Below, one piece after another: positions 24,418 through 36,276 of a stretch of DNA of 64,000 nucleotides; position 1 is the stretch's first letter, and each line of letters begins with the position of its first letter. Made by a program: the position numbers and the translations under genes. The stretch covers positions 7,068,001 through 7,132,000 of the forward strand of contig JBHGNT010000022.1 of the NCBI GenBank assembly GCA_043228905.1, in the 5' to 3' direction. Source of the DNA: Azolla caroliniana (taxonomy: Eukaryota; Plantae; Polypodiophyta). The notes beneath the pieces were generated by a model. That model worked only from the letters and a program-made list of their open reading frames with translations, was not told the origin of the DNA and searched no databases.

Positions 24418-24520
24418 CCTCTCACTCACTCTTTCCTTCTCTTGAGAGTTCTTCACCTCTCTTAGTACTAATACTTCTTTTAGTACTAATTCCTTCTCTG
24501 TCTTAGTATTGTTCCTGACA
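19808..24520 (+). mobile_element. Tcn1/Tf1-like chromovirus with internal RT-RNase H deletion, nested in the chromodomain tail of the outer gypsy
   Basis: LTRs 19808-20231 and 24059-24520; TSD GGAAG at 19803-19807 and 24521-24525; PPT AAAGGGGGGA at ~24046-24055. Gag PAKFDGTRSQF, protease LLDSGANSCF, integrase and chromodomain YEVVAILDS...YLVDWLGY...TWEP. Confidence 0.95.
20314..24066 (+). pseudogene. gag-pol pseudogene of the Tcn1-like element
   Basis: ORFs 20314-21099 (gag), 21300-21767 (PR), 21768-22289 (RT N-half), 22213-23031, 23041-23283 and 23476-24066 (IN + chromodomain). Confidence 0.9.
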
Positions 24521-27500
24521 GGAAGTTAGTTCTGATAGTATTTTCGTGTTCCCATGTGGAATCTTTTATTGATTTATCCATCCATTTTATTTTAAATTCT
24601 CGAACTTCTTTAGTACGTGATTTTTTTGTTTTAACATCGAGAATTCTTTCTGGTACATATGGTTTAGAAGATAAATTTTCAAAAGTAACCAGAGTTTCAG
24701 TTGCAACTGTATTGTTGCCAGAACCTAGAAGTTCTTTTAGACGACTCACATGAAAGACTAGATGAATTCCAACACCATCGGGAAGAGCGAGACGATAGGC
24801 TGATGACCCAATGCGTTTGAGGACTGTAAATGGTCCACAAAACCGTGGGGCTAACTTAGTGCACTTACCCATAGACAATGTCTTAGAATTGTGAGGTACA
24901 TGTAAAAATACCTTCTATCCAAGGTTGAATACATGAGGTTGCCTATGATGATCGGCATAAAAATGTGCTCTATCTTGAGCTGTTTTTATATTATCTTGTG
25001 CAATATGCAACATATCTTGCATATCCCGAAGAAATTTTTGTGTACTTCACAACTCATCATGATGTATATTAACATCAATCGGGGCTCGTGGTTGAAAACC
25101 ATACATCAACATAAAAGGACTATATCCCGTCGACGTATGCTTGGAGCTGTTATAAGCAAACTCCAAAATTGGGAGATAACGTTCCCATTTTGTTGGTTTT
25201 GCACCAACATATGCTCGAAGCATGTCCTCAATAATTTGATTTACTCGTTTTGTCTGTCCATCGGATTGAGGATGATCCGTGGAGCTCATGCTCAACGTAG
25301 TTTCTAACTTCTTAAAGACTTGAGTCTAGAAGTCACTAGTAAACTTTGGATCTCGATCACTCACAATATCCATCGGTAACCCATAAAAACGAAATAACTC
25401 GTCAACGAATTGGTAAGCCAATTCAGGAGCTGTTATTGTGGTTTTAGTAGCAATAAATTTGGTCCTTTTAGTTAGTTTGTCAACCACAACCCAGATGGCA
25501 TCATGACCTTTTTGGGTGCGAGGAAGGCTAACAATAAAATCCATGGATATACTTTCCCACTTATTATCGGGAATGTCCAAGGGATGTAAAAGTCCCGCGG
25601 CTTTAAGTCGCTCAGCTTTGTTAACCTGACATTGGTGACATTTAGTCACATAACTATGTATGTCAGGACGCATCTTAGGCCAATAAAATTGAGTGGAGAT
25701 GAGAACGAGTGTACGATGTATTCCAAGGTGCCCTACTGAGGGTGAACCAAAGAATCCTCTTTTTGACCTCGGCTAAATCTGGAACACAAACCTTCCCATT
25801 ATGCTAGAGTAGACCATTAGCAATGTGGAAGTATTCCTTCGAGGATGTGGCGGTGTCTGTTCCAGACTCAACTCTTGCCCAGTATTTCGCAAAATAACTA
25901 TCATTAGGATACTTTCCTTGAAGGTGATCATAAAGATCTGATGTTATTTCAGTGAAGCTAAGCCTGTTACCTTCACGAATGTGACTTGGTGCATCAACGA
26001 CAATATTCATGGAACCTTTACGATATCGTATGGAAAAATCAAAGTCTTGGATGAGATCAGCCCATCGTGCCTTACGACCATTCAGGTCTTGTTGGTCACA
26101 AAAATATTTCAAGGACTTGTGGTCCGTAGTTACCACAAAGCGATTTCCATAAAGATAATGGCGTCATGTTTTGAGCACATGTATAACTGCAAATAATTCC
26201 TTTTCTTGAACGGTATACCGACATTGAGCAGAATCAAGTTTCTTACTCTCAAATGCTATTGGTTTTCCATCTTGATATAAGACATCACCTATAGCATAAT
26301 CACTTGCATCGGTTTTAGCCTCAAAAGGTTTTGAAGGATCGGGTAAAAGAAGTGAAGGAGCCTTGCAAACCAGGTCCTTGAGTTCCTTAAAGGCGAGGTC
26401 TAGTGTAGCATTCCACACAATAGGTTTTGTAGACTCACGCGTTTGACCTTTTAGAAGATCAATAAACGAAGTCGTCAATTGGGGGTAATTACGAAGAGAT
26501 TTTCGCAAAAACCCGACAAAACCAAGAAATGATCGAACTTCTCGAATATTCCGAAGATTGGGCCAAAGCTTGATTTTCTCGATGCGAGAAGGATCAATTT
26601 CAACTCATTCGGTTATGAGATGTCCAAGATAAGTAATTGATTTCTTGAAGAACTCACATTTTGAGATCTTCGCGTAAAACTATTTGTCACACAATGTTTG
26701 TAAAATAAAGCGGACATGTTTAGCATGTTCTTGTAATGTATGGCTATAAACTAAAATATCATCCAAGAAAATAATGACAAATTTTCCAAGTTGTTCTTGG
26801 AAAATGTCATTCATTTATTGTTGAAATGTAGCCGGAGCATCGGTCAAACCAAAAGGCATAACCAAAAACTCATAATGGCCATATCGCGTACGAAATGCTG
26901 TTTTAGGAACATCGTCCTCACTTATACGAATTTGATGGTAACCAGTACGGAGATCAAGTTTCGTAAAATACCGAGCTCCCTAGAGACGGTCAATTAGATC
27001 GTTAGCCTAGGGCAATGGATACGAATTCTTGATCGTCACTTTATTCAAGCGTCGGTAATTAATACACATACGCCATGTGCCCTCTTTCTTTTTAACCAAG
27101 AGAACTAGTGCCCCCCATGGAGATTTTCTATAACGTATATAACCCATTCGTAAATAGTCCTTGAGTTGCTTAGCTACCTCATCCTCTTCAGATCGACTTA
27201 AGCAATAAGGAGGTACACTTATTGGTGCAACGCCAGGTACAATATCTATACAATGGTCTATATTACGTTTAGGAGGTAAACCATCTGCTGGTTCACTCGG
27301 AAAAAACATCACGAAAATCATTTAAGATTTCATCAAGTTGTTGTTCAAAATATGTTAATTGAACCGAGACATTATCTATATTGTAAACGTGAATGTCCGG
27401 ATCAAGTACACAATAAAATAGAGTAGAACAAGACAACTCGAATATTGATGGACATGAGGAAACAATCGAGAGGGATTATTTTTTGACACATTGAATAAAA

Positions 27501-28968
27501 TGAGTACAATCGTTGAGTACAAAAGTTATTGAATGATGAACCCAATCAATAAATAAAGAAGAGTTTTTATTATAAAACCAGGGATAACCCAATATTACAT
27601 CGGTGGTACGAAGATTCATTACATGGAAGTCTACTTCCTCTATATAAGTATCAATAGAAATTCCTAATGAATGAATCACCCCGTTGATGTATTGTACTCT
27701 TCTATCAGCCAAGTGCACCGTGTAGGTGTGATCACTTACGGTGGGTTGGATTCCCCATATCTGAACCAAACAATCATTGACAAAGTTGTGTGAGCTTCCT
27801 GAATCAAATAAAAATTGTACGGGAGATCCATTGATATACCCGTTTGCACATAGTAAATCATTGGGACCCAATACATATTGAGGGAAAGAACATTGACAAT
27901 TACTTAAATGATGTGTATAGACCTGAAGGACATTAGGAATCTGACCTTTATGGTCTGCAGCTTTAGCTTTGTTGTCGTGCTCTTTCTGTTGGAGCTTTCG
28001 ACATTGCTCTTTTGTATGACCCTTCTTTTTGCAAAATACGCAAAAAGGATGTTGTCGCTTACAATCGTGATCCATGAATTCGTTGGGTGTCTTGCATTTG
28101 CAACGAATTGCGACTGCTTAGTCCCGGGCGCTTCGTTGGGTTTGTTGTGGTCCTTCTTTCAAGTGCGTTGATAGCGAAGAACTATTTCAATGGCCTCTTC
28201 GAAGGATTTTGGATCCTTATTGCGCACTATCCAGTGATAGTCCAAATTGGGGATGCCATTGACAAAACAAGCTATTAACCAGTTGTCCCCTTCTAGACCC
28301 AATTTTTGGATTTGGGTTCTAGCATGGTGGACATAGTCTTCTAGCGAGGACAATTTCCGACTAGAGAGGTTCATTAAAGCTTGTGCTGCCTTGGTTCGAG
28401 AGGGAGGTTGCAGAAATTGGCCCTTGAAAATTGTGACAAAATCTGTCCAGGTAACGGGCAATTTCCCTAAAGTACGGAGCCCACGCCACCAGGTGGCGGC
28501 CTTACCCCCTAGTTCTCGGCCGACATATGCAATCTTCGTACTATCTAGCATGGGATAGAGCTCAAAATGAGACTCCCATCGGCCCAACCACATGCAGATT
28601 GCTTCTTCGGTTCTTTCCTTTTTGTCTCCCGTAAATGGCTTAATGACAAACGATGGTTCACCTTGTCGCTCATTAGGTGTATTAATCTCACGTTGTAAAC
28701 TAATGACACATGCCTTGAGAGCACTTTAAGATTCCCGAAGTTCGGTCATCTGTTGAGCAGTGAAACTAAGGTATTGGCTTATTTGCGAAAAATACATCTC
28801 AATGGACATGTGTCCAGGAGGATTCCCTTGAGTTCCTTCCGCTTGAGCGGATGACATCGGGTCGTTATTTTGAGCCATTAAATGATTATTTCTGGAAAAG
28901 AAATAGGATAAGGTTAGAGAGATAGTCATAACATCATGTCGTGATGTAAACATATCATGGGCAAACAT
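24521..28968 (-). pseudogene. gypsy gag-pol pseudogene with C-terminal chromodomain
   Basis: ORF fragments 28159-28593 (gag), 27476-28075 (CCHC + PR), 27007-27321 (RT start), 26164-26508 (TDASDYAIG), 25326-25673 and 25047-25295 (IN), and 24486-24878 (GPF + PERILD...KW...TWE). Confidence 0.9.
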
Positions 28969-30049
28969 TAATCGATATCATTATCTCACGTCAATACCCC
29001 TCTAGACGTATGAGATGAGGTTCAAGATCAAGTTACTATGGTAACACAAATGTGTTTTAGAAACCATGGGGGTGACAATTTAATGTATTTCCCTGATCTC
29101 TATATCTATTTTTTCATGGCGGCTCCCCGAGGCTCAACCATGTATGTTTGCGTCATGAATAGTTTATACACGAAAAAAATGTTAACAATAAATTATGTTT
29201 TGGTGCCCACATATGTGGTTTCGGCTCTTTAAGTCCTATTACGAGGACCCCGAAGTGCACTTAGTAAGTCTAAACATGTGTTATAGTCATATGTATCAAC
29301 GATGTTGTATGGTCTTGGTCATATTTGAACTCGAGACCTCGAGAACAAATACATTAAACACTTAAGCCAACCAAGTAGATTGCTCTTCTTTGAATGTTTA
29401 ATGTTTCATGTGTATAAGAGATATGCAAGGCATTTGCCCATATATGTTTTTTTAAAAGAAACATATATGTCAAGAGTCCTTATTTCGCCCTCATTTACTA
29501 CAACTATGTTGGTACGTTACCTAACCTCAAGTCTCGTAATTACAATGGCATACGCCAAAGTGCAACCTAATGGTCAAGCCAAATGAGCCCTCTTTTCGTA
29601 GTAGGCCCACGTGGCCCATCACATGGTCACGTCCTTACGAATGCCTCTCATAAGAATGATCTCATGGTGGCATTGTATCCATGTAATGAGGGAGGAATGT
29701 TGGATACGTGTGTCATAGGAGCGACCTCACATGAAGTGGGTCAAGCCCTACGTACTCAATATCATTATGGCTATAGGTGTTTCTTTACGTAACAAAATAT
29801 CGAAGTCACCAACGAGGATTTCAACAATAAAAAATTGTTGAAAAAGGGGATGGTGACAACGCTATTCTCACAAAAATGTGAGGATGGCCACCAAGATCCT
29901 TTCCCCGAAAAGTTAAACATTCGATTTAAAATCACATAATAACCTATATACACATATGTATATTATCACATATATACGATCAACTACGTATACACGTGAC
30001 AACATATGCCTATATTAAACAAATCGTTATATTTAATAGCCAAAAATGA

Positions 30050-30310
30050 CGTAATCGAGATGCCTCTACGCACATGAGACATCCAAAAATAAGGGTTAAT
30101 CGTAATACGCAATTGAGGTATTGACCTCTTACGCATACGAGACCAAACACATATCATTTACAACGAATCGAGGTATTGACCTCATACGCAAACGTAACAT
30201 ATGTTTGTGAATGTAATACGCAATTGAGGTATTAACCTCGTGCGCATACGACACTCATCACATATTCAATATACGTCAAATGAGGTATTGACCTCATACA
30301 CATATGTAAA
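30050..30310. repeat. 55-56 bp periodic array with palindromic core GAGGT-ATTG-ACCTC in the gypsy 5' leader
   Basis: Cores at 30115, 30170, 30226 and 30282, plus a degenerate one near 30057. Confidence 0.8.
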
Positions 30311-31021
30311 CGTTTTATACAACCAATGAATTACCACTACAACATCATTGAATAAATGAAAAAAATCTACATATTAACCATACACATGATTAGATGGGAG
30401 AAGAAAAAATAGACAAAAAAACACAAGAAAGATTACGGAAGTTCGTTTGTTGATCCTTGGCTGCATGAAGGCCGACCGCACGTAGATCGATCGCCATCAA
30501 TCAAGAACACAAAAGACAACAAAAGAAACATTAGGAAATGAGCTCTGATACCAATTTTTAGAGACATATACTAATGTAAGCATTATATAAGGATGGAATA
30601 TAGATGAATAGATAGATCTAGATAGAGAGGAGAGAGAGAAAGAAGGGTGCCAATCCACCCGACCACCCCCGAGCAAAGGGATCGAGATGGACTCGAGCCT
30701 TGATCGGCGTCCCATACCACCACCTTGGTGTCGAGTCATACCTGGTGCTATCGCGCTCGCTACAAGAGTCGAACCACTCACGAACAACGTCTCGACGTAG
30801 TCAATAGATGATGAAATGAGGGTAGCTAGGCCTCTTATTTATAGCGATACCCAAGGCCCCCAGCCATGTTCACACTTGGCCTAATGGGTTGTCTCAATTA
30901 TGAGGATTAAAAGTAATCATCCCCTTCTTTACACTCTTGTTTAACCCTCACACTTATCCATGTGTATAAAATACTACGGTAAATTCTGACCACGGGATAT
31001 TATATGGTCATGCTCGTAACA

Positions 31022-32346
31022 TTGCATATGAATTACTATGGGAATGCAAAACTCCAGACCCCGATGGCTCCTCATGTGAACAAGGCACCGATTTCCGTTT
31101 ATTCCAAGGAACATACAAATTACCTTTATTATCAAAAGATGATTTCTTTGGATAGTCCTCTTGACGAGCCCATGGTTTATTCCGCATGGGATGTGTCGGT
31201 GTGACCTTCTCCATAGATACATTATGCCCAATATTTTTATTAAACTTCTTTATCTTTCCAGAAGCTATTGACCATTGTCCTTCATCCTCAAGAGTCTTTC
31301 CATCCTTCTCGTTCACAATTTGTGGTTCCTTTGTTTGCTCTAAAATTGTCCAAGCTTGAATTTGATCATGAGTTGTAGGCTCTTTCATGTACCACTTCCA
31401 CTACATTATTTCTTTTTTGAGGACATTCAGCCATAAAATGCCCCAACACACCACAATGGAAACAATGTCCTGCAAATGTACCCCATTTAAGCTGAAAATA
31501 CATAGGCGGCATACCAGAGCATGCAATCAATAAACAACTTGGCCTCTTTATAGCAGTATTCCAAAGAATACACATCCGATGTCGATTCTGAGCATTAGCA
31601 CTAGGAGGCACCAAGATCTTTCCCAACTTTTCCATCGTTGACCGTAATATTGGCCAAACCATTGAATATGTGCACTCTACCTCAACCCATACGGGACACT
31701 CTTGATTTAATATATCTTGGTATTCCACTAGTGGTCTCCATGGAACAATATGGACCAAACTTTTCTCATAAAAAACTGGCAATTTATTGAGTAATTTCTC
31801 TTTATACTCTTGTGATACCAAAACAACCTCATAAAATCCATGAGGACCAACATAAACATCCTGAACAAAATCAGCTTGTAAAATCCCACGTAACCATTGT
31901 TTGACCCTGCAAAGGAAAGGTATCTTTCTCGTGAAAAACAATATGACCCCTTTATCACAAAAATTAGCAAATGAGCCCAAAAACTCCTTATTGTCTATTT
32001 CTACCTTAGCCACTTCATCGTCAACAAACTCCTCAACAACTTTCACATTCTCCCTTATACAATCTTCCATTAATATATTTGCCATGCATCATAAATGTTC
32101 CCAATGGCTATCATCTTTCTCAATATCATCTTGTCGCATTGCATCAACATAAGACATGTCATTACTATTATCTCCAATACATCGTTTTCTTTTACCATCC
32201 CCTCTTGGGCTTGATACTAACTCAACCATGCATGCATCTTTTGAAGAATTTGGAGACTCATCCCTATTCATGAAAACACTACCATCCATACGACAAGAAA
32301 TAGGATAGAGCTCACTTACAAGTAATTGTGTTGGAGAAGGAATCAA
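31022..32346 (-). pseudogene. LINE ORF1 (RRM/DUF4283-like region + zinc knuckle); last ~30 codons lie at 19286-19198
   Basis: ORFs 32089-32346, 31366-32085 (PVWVE, CFHCGVLGHFMAECP) and 31008-31388. The frame resumes beyond the TTGCA target duplication. Confidence 0.82.
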
Positions 32347-32554
32347 AGCAAGTGATCATGAGATGCATGCAATCGAATGGAATTTTACTCATAACTTTCT
32401 ACCAAGACCACCAAATGATACATGCAGATACTCTTTAGAAAGCTTTATGCACAGGCTTCGAAACGAGCTAAAGAACAAAGGAAACAAACACCGTATCAAG
32501 AAGATGCATCAAAATTAGTGTTTCTCCTTCTCCAACATCTCCAAACTTTGCGTT

Positions 32555-32555
<1 letters not shown>

Positions 32556-32609
<54 letters not shown>

Positions 32610-32630
32610 CTCTTGCTCTTGCTCTTGCTT
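32556..32630. repeat. (CT)n followed by (TCTTGC)n microsatellite
   Basis: Seen directly; marks the LINE 5' junction. Confidence 0.9.
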
Positions 32631-34674
32631 GTGACCCCTAAGTGTGTTCATTATCGATGAGTCGTGAGCCTGTCTACTAATTATCTAGAGGCGGAACTCA
32701 CAGTAACCTCAGCCCGCACACGATCTTGCAAGCCTGAGAGCTTGTTATCTGTAGGTTGTGGACTATAGCCGGTGTCGAAAGCCCGCAACCCAACACCCAG
32801 GCTCAACTCCCGTCCCCGTCCTCCCTAGTCTGAGACCCCGGTGGTTCAGCCCGAGCTGACCCACAAGTCGTGGATTTTCGCAACATCTTTTGGTGAACCC
32901 GACGTGAAAGGGTAGTAGGAGAGCAATGATGAGGGGAGGTGAGCTTGCAGAAGCAATGGTGGCCACTATAGACTGCCTCGTGAATGCTTGAGAGAGCTCA
33001 ACAGGCCTCGATAGGGCCATCGAAACGATATTCGGCAATTCAGGCCGATTTAATGGGAGCGACATCACAAACTATCTAGAGGCCTACAAGGCCAAGATTC
33101 TCATGTGGGACATCCTAAAGGAAAGGCGATTTGCAAGATTCGCTCGAGTCGTAACATCGAGCATCCATTTCGAGGTGCTCGAAGTACAAGCTGACTGTCG
33201 CAACTAATCAGAGTTCAAGGAACAGCTCCTCGAAAGATACAAACCAAATGATTCACTCCAAATGTCGAAGGAGTTTGATGGAATGGGTCAAACTTCCCGA
33301 AAAGGGAAGAAATACAACGACGCTTCTCTAGGAGTTTGAGAAGCGATTCGCTCGATTTTCAGCACTAGACCAGATTGTGCTTGATACCAGCAAGGTCCTA
33401 TTGTTTATTAAAGCAATCGATGCACAGGACAGAGAGAAGGTAGGTCTCCTCTCGGAGACGAATGAAGGGCTCACAACTAATTGGGCCATGGTGAAAAGAG
33501 TCTACATTTGTTTCCACAAACGGTGAGAATGGAATGACGAAGGGTCGTCATGTGCTGACTCGTTCAGAAGAGGCGAGAAGATGGGCCAATATGGGTCCGG
33601 TAGGATTGGCTAACATTGCCGGTGGACCAGCATTGGAAAAGCTCACCAAGATGGTGCGTGACCTCTAGATTGCCCAGGCGCGAAGGGATAGTGAGGGTCC
33701 TCCACATGAACGATGGCCGCCATACGTTCAGTGGTGCATGCGGTGCAACAACGACGACCACATCCAAAAGGACTGCACTGACTTCGCGGAGGCATTGAGG
33801 AACAACGTGGTGTACCTCTGGAATAGTTGGGTGCACACGAGTGAAACGTGAAGGCCCTTGGAGATGAACACTAGATGGGGCGAGATGAAGAGGATAATGA
33901 AGGAGGCAACGGTGCGACATGTCAAAGCCATCCATTACTCGACATTAGCCAATATCTAGGTGGGAGGAGAGAAGACCACCAACTCAGGAAGCGACACTGG
34001 ATTCTAGTTGGTTATACTTGAAGGCTTGTCTGGGAAGAAGCTAAAGAAGGAGGAGACGGACTGCTCGGAGAGGCGAATCCGAGAAGTTACCGGATGGGAC
34101 TATCCGGTGGAGGAGAGGTCGAGCTTTGTGGAAGATGCATGCCAGAACTACGAGGTTCTCGTGGATGAGAAGTAGGCCCCTCAGGGAGGTATGACACCTG
34201 GAGTGGGCCAAAAAGAGGCGATGGTGGCCCGATCGACCCGCAAGGAAAAGGGAAGACGAAGTTCCCAAGCTTTTGGCTGAGCTCGGAGATAGAACAATCG
34301 ACGGACTTGCAGAAAGTCCAAGAGGAATGGATCCTCGACAACCGCGTGGAATTCACACTTAGAGAAGACTTAGTGTTGGGCATTGCAAAGAAGAAATTCC
34401 ACGACACAATCATTGACCTCATGAAAAGGAAGCGGGTCTCGATAGAGCCAAAGAATGCAAAGCCCGTCGATATCAGCGCGGTGGTGATCGACGAAGTGGC
34501 AAGGGAGGAGGATTATTCGGAAAGCCACTATACGAGGCCGCATTGAGCAAGAGCAATAATGGAGATGTTGGTCCGGATTGGAGACGTGAAGGAGCCGGTC
34601 GTAGCGCTGATCGACTATGGATTGGAGATCAACCTAATGTCCATGGAGTTCTACAAAAAGGGGAAGCTACATTT

Positions 34675-34980
34675 TGTAATATATTGATTATTGTAAATAC
34701 TCTAGAACATTCTAGAACATTCTAGAATATTCTAGGTGTAGAACATTCTAGAACATTATAGAAATCTCTAGGGTATTCTATAGGAACCTATAGATATAGA
34801 TATACAATTTTTCTCAAACCAATTCGAATCAACACCAATCTTAAGATCTCCTCACCTATATTGTATACATTCTCTTTCGATGTTAATACATTCATTTTTC
34901 TCTTATCATTTCATTGTTCCCTTCTTGTGATGTCTTTATATCTTTCTTCCGTCATTCTATCTTTTCTCTTGGTTCTGACA
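34675..34980 (+). mobile_element. Solo or remnant LTR related to the Tcn1-like LTRs
   Basis: TG...CTGACA termini; TTCTAGAACA repeats; CAAACCAATTCGAATCAACACCAATCTTAAG resembles the motif at 20018-20049. Flanks do not form a TSD. Confidence 0.65.
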
Positions 34981-36276
34981 ACAACGAGCATCTCTCAAAT
35001 GTCCAAAAGGGATTGTAGCAACAACAATGTCAATGCCTCATCGGCAAGAGGTACTTCTAGAGAGGTAGTCTAGTTGATCAGTCCTTGGAAGGCATTCAGA
35101 TGCTCTGCCATATTGGAGCTATCTCGATACCAGAGTCTCACAATCTTCCTGATGATTGAGACTTTGTTGACGACATTTTTGTTCTCAAATATTACGTTGA
35201 TCTTCTTCTAGAGAACTTCATCATCTATGTCCTTGTTGAAGTTGGTATATAGACTCATGTCTATAAAACACCTTATATATGTCACTGCCTTTAGATGCAT
35301 GAATTCCCAAGTCGATGCATCGATATTGTCAGGCTTGGTCTTGCCGTATTGCACCAACAACCATAAATATTTACACACGAGCATATCCTGCATCTTCGAC
35401 TTCAACACTAAGTAGTTGGAGCTGGTTAACTTGAACACTCCACCAAAATGTTCGTCCAAGCAGTTCTTCCTCACTTGTCGCGATAGTTGAGGTGCCTTTT
35501 CTATCCAAAATCTTCTTTGGCTCTACACAATCAACTCCCCCTTTATCTTTCCAAAAGTGTCGGCAATTCTTTTGGAAGTGTCCCGACTTCCCACAATAGA
35601 AGGAGGTGCGCCTCCCTCTCGACTTCGACCTCGTCCCTAACTTCTCCCAATTCTGGGGACTTCTATTTTGGTCTCTCCCCGGGTTCATGTCACCTTCTGT
35701 GACTAAGTCCTTCGGGTCAGTTACGAACTCTCTGTCATTCCGGCAAGCTTCCTCATTTAATAAGCTCGACTTCACCGTCTCTAGGGATAGGTGTTTCCCT
35801 TTTGGTCGGCGTTGCCTAATATGACAACCAGTGTTTCCCAACTGTCTGGAAGGGATCCCAACAACAACAACGCCAATACTTCATCGACAAGAGGTACTTC
35901 TGGAGAGGTGGTCTAATATATCAATCCTTAGAAGGCATTCAGGTGCACCGCCATGCTGGATCCATCCTGATACTGGAGTCTCACAATCTTCCAGAATACC
36001 GAGACTCTGTTGACGACATTTTTGTTCTCAAACATTATGTCGATCTTCTTCCACAGGACAGCCGCCTTGGTCTCTTCATTAAAGTTTTTGTATAGACTCT
36101 GATCTATAAAAAATCTTATATACGTTGTTGTCATAAAATGCATAACCTCCCAGGTTGATGCATCGATATTGTCTTGCTTTTTAACCCCGAACTACACTGG
36201 CAGCCAGAGATCTTTGCACACCAGCATATCCCTCATCTTCGGCTTCCACATTGAAAAGTTGGAGACGGTGTCACAG

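Larger units (their letters stand above)
19292..31021 (-). mobile_element. Ty3/gypsy chromovirus, full length, degenerate, Met PBS
   Basis: 466 bp LTRs at 30556-31021 and 19292-19757; TSD TTGCA at 19287-19291 and 31022-31026; PBS TGGTATCAGAGC at 30553-30542; PPT AAAGAGGGGGAG at ~19771-19760. Internal gag, CCHC, protease FLFDSGSSHNF, RT, RNase H, integrase and chromodomain. Confidence 0.95.
15371..32555 (-). mobile_element. Full-length degenerate L1-type LINE, interrupted in ORF1 by the gypsy nest at 19292-31021
   Basis: ORF1 has the knuckle CFHCGVLGHFMAEC; ORF2 has APE, RT and zf-RVT; A-rich tail at 15371-15385; (CT)n on both flanks. Confidence 0.9.
14800..34674 (+). mobile_element. Truncated gypsy-like element with tRNA-Trp PBS; 5' LTR split by a LINE (14800-15370 plus 32556-32885), then PBS, degenerate gag and protease start
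   Basis: LTR start TGTCGTGAAGGATTT resembles that at 37501. LTR end CGCAACA at 32885 is followed by TGGTGAACCCGACGTGAA at 32891-32908. Gag motif RFNGSDITNYLEAY resembles RFNGDKVPFYLEAY at ~38580. Protease-like ALIDYGLEINLMS at ~34605-34645. Confidence 0.75.

Noticed and set aside
30050-30310. CRISPR array
   Set aside because: The repeat core is only 14 bp, the linkers are related to each other, there are no cas genes, and it lies inside a plant retrotransposon leader.
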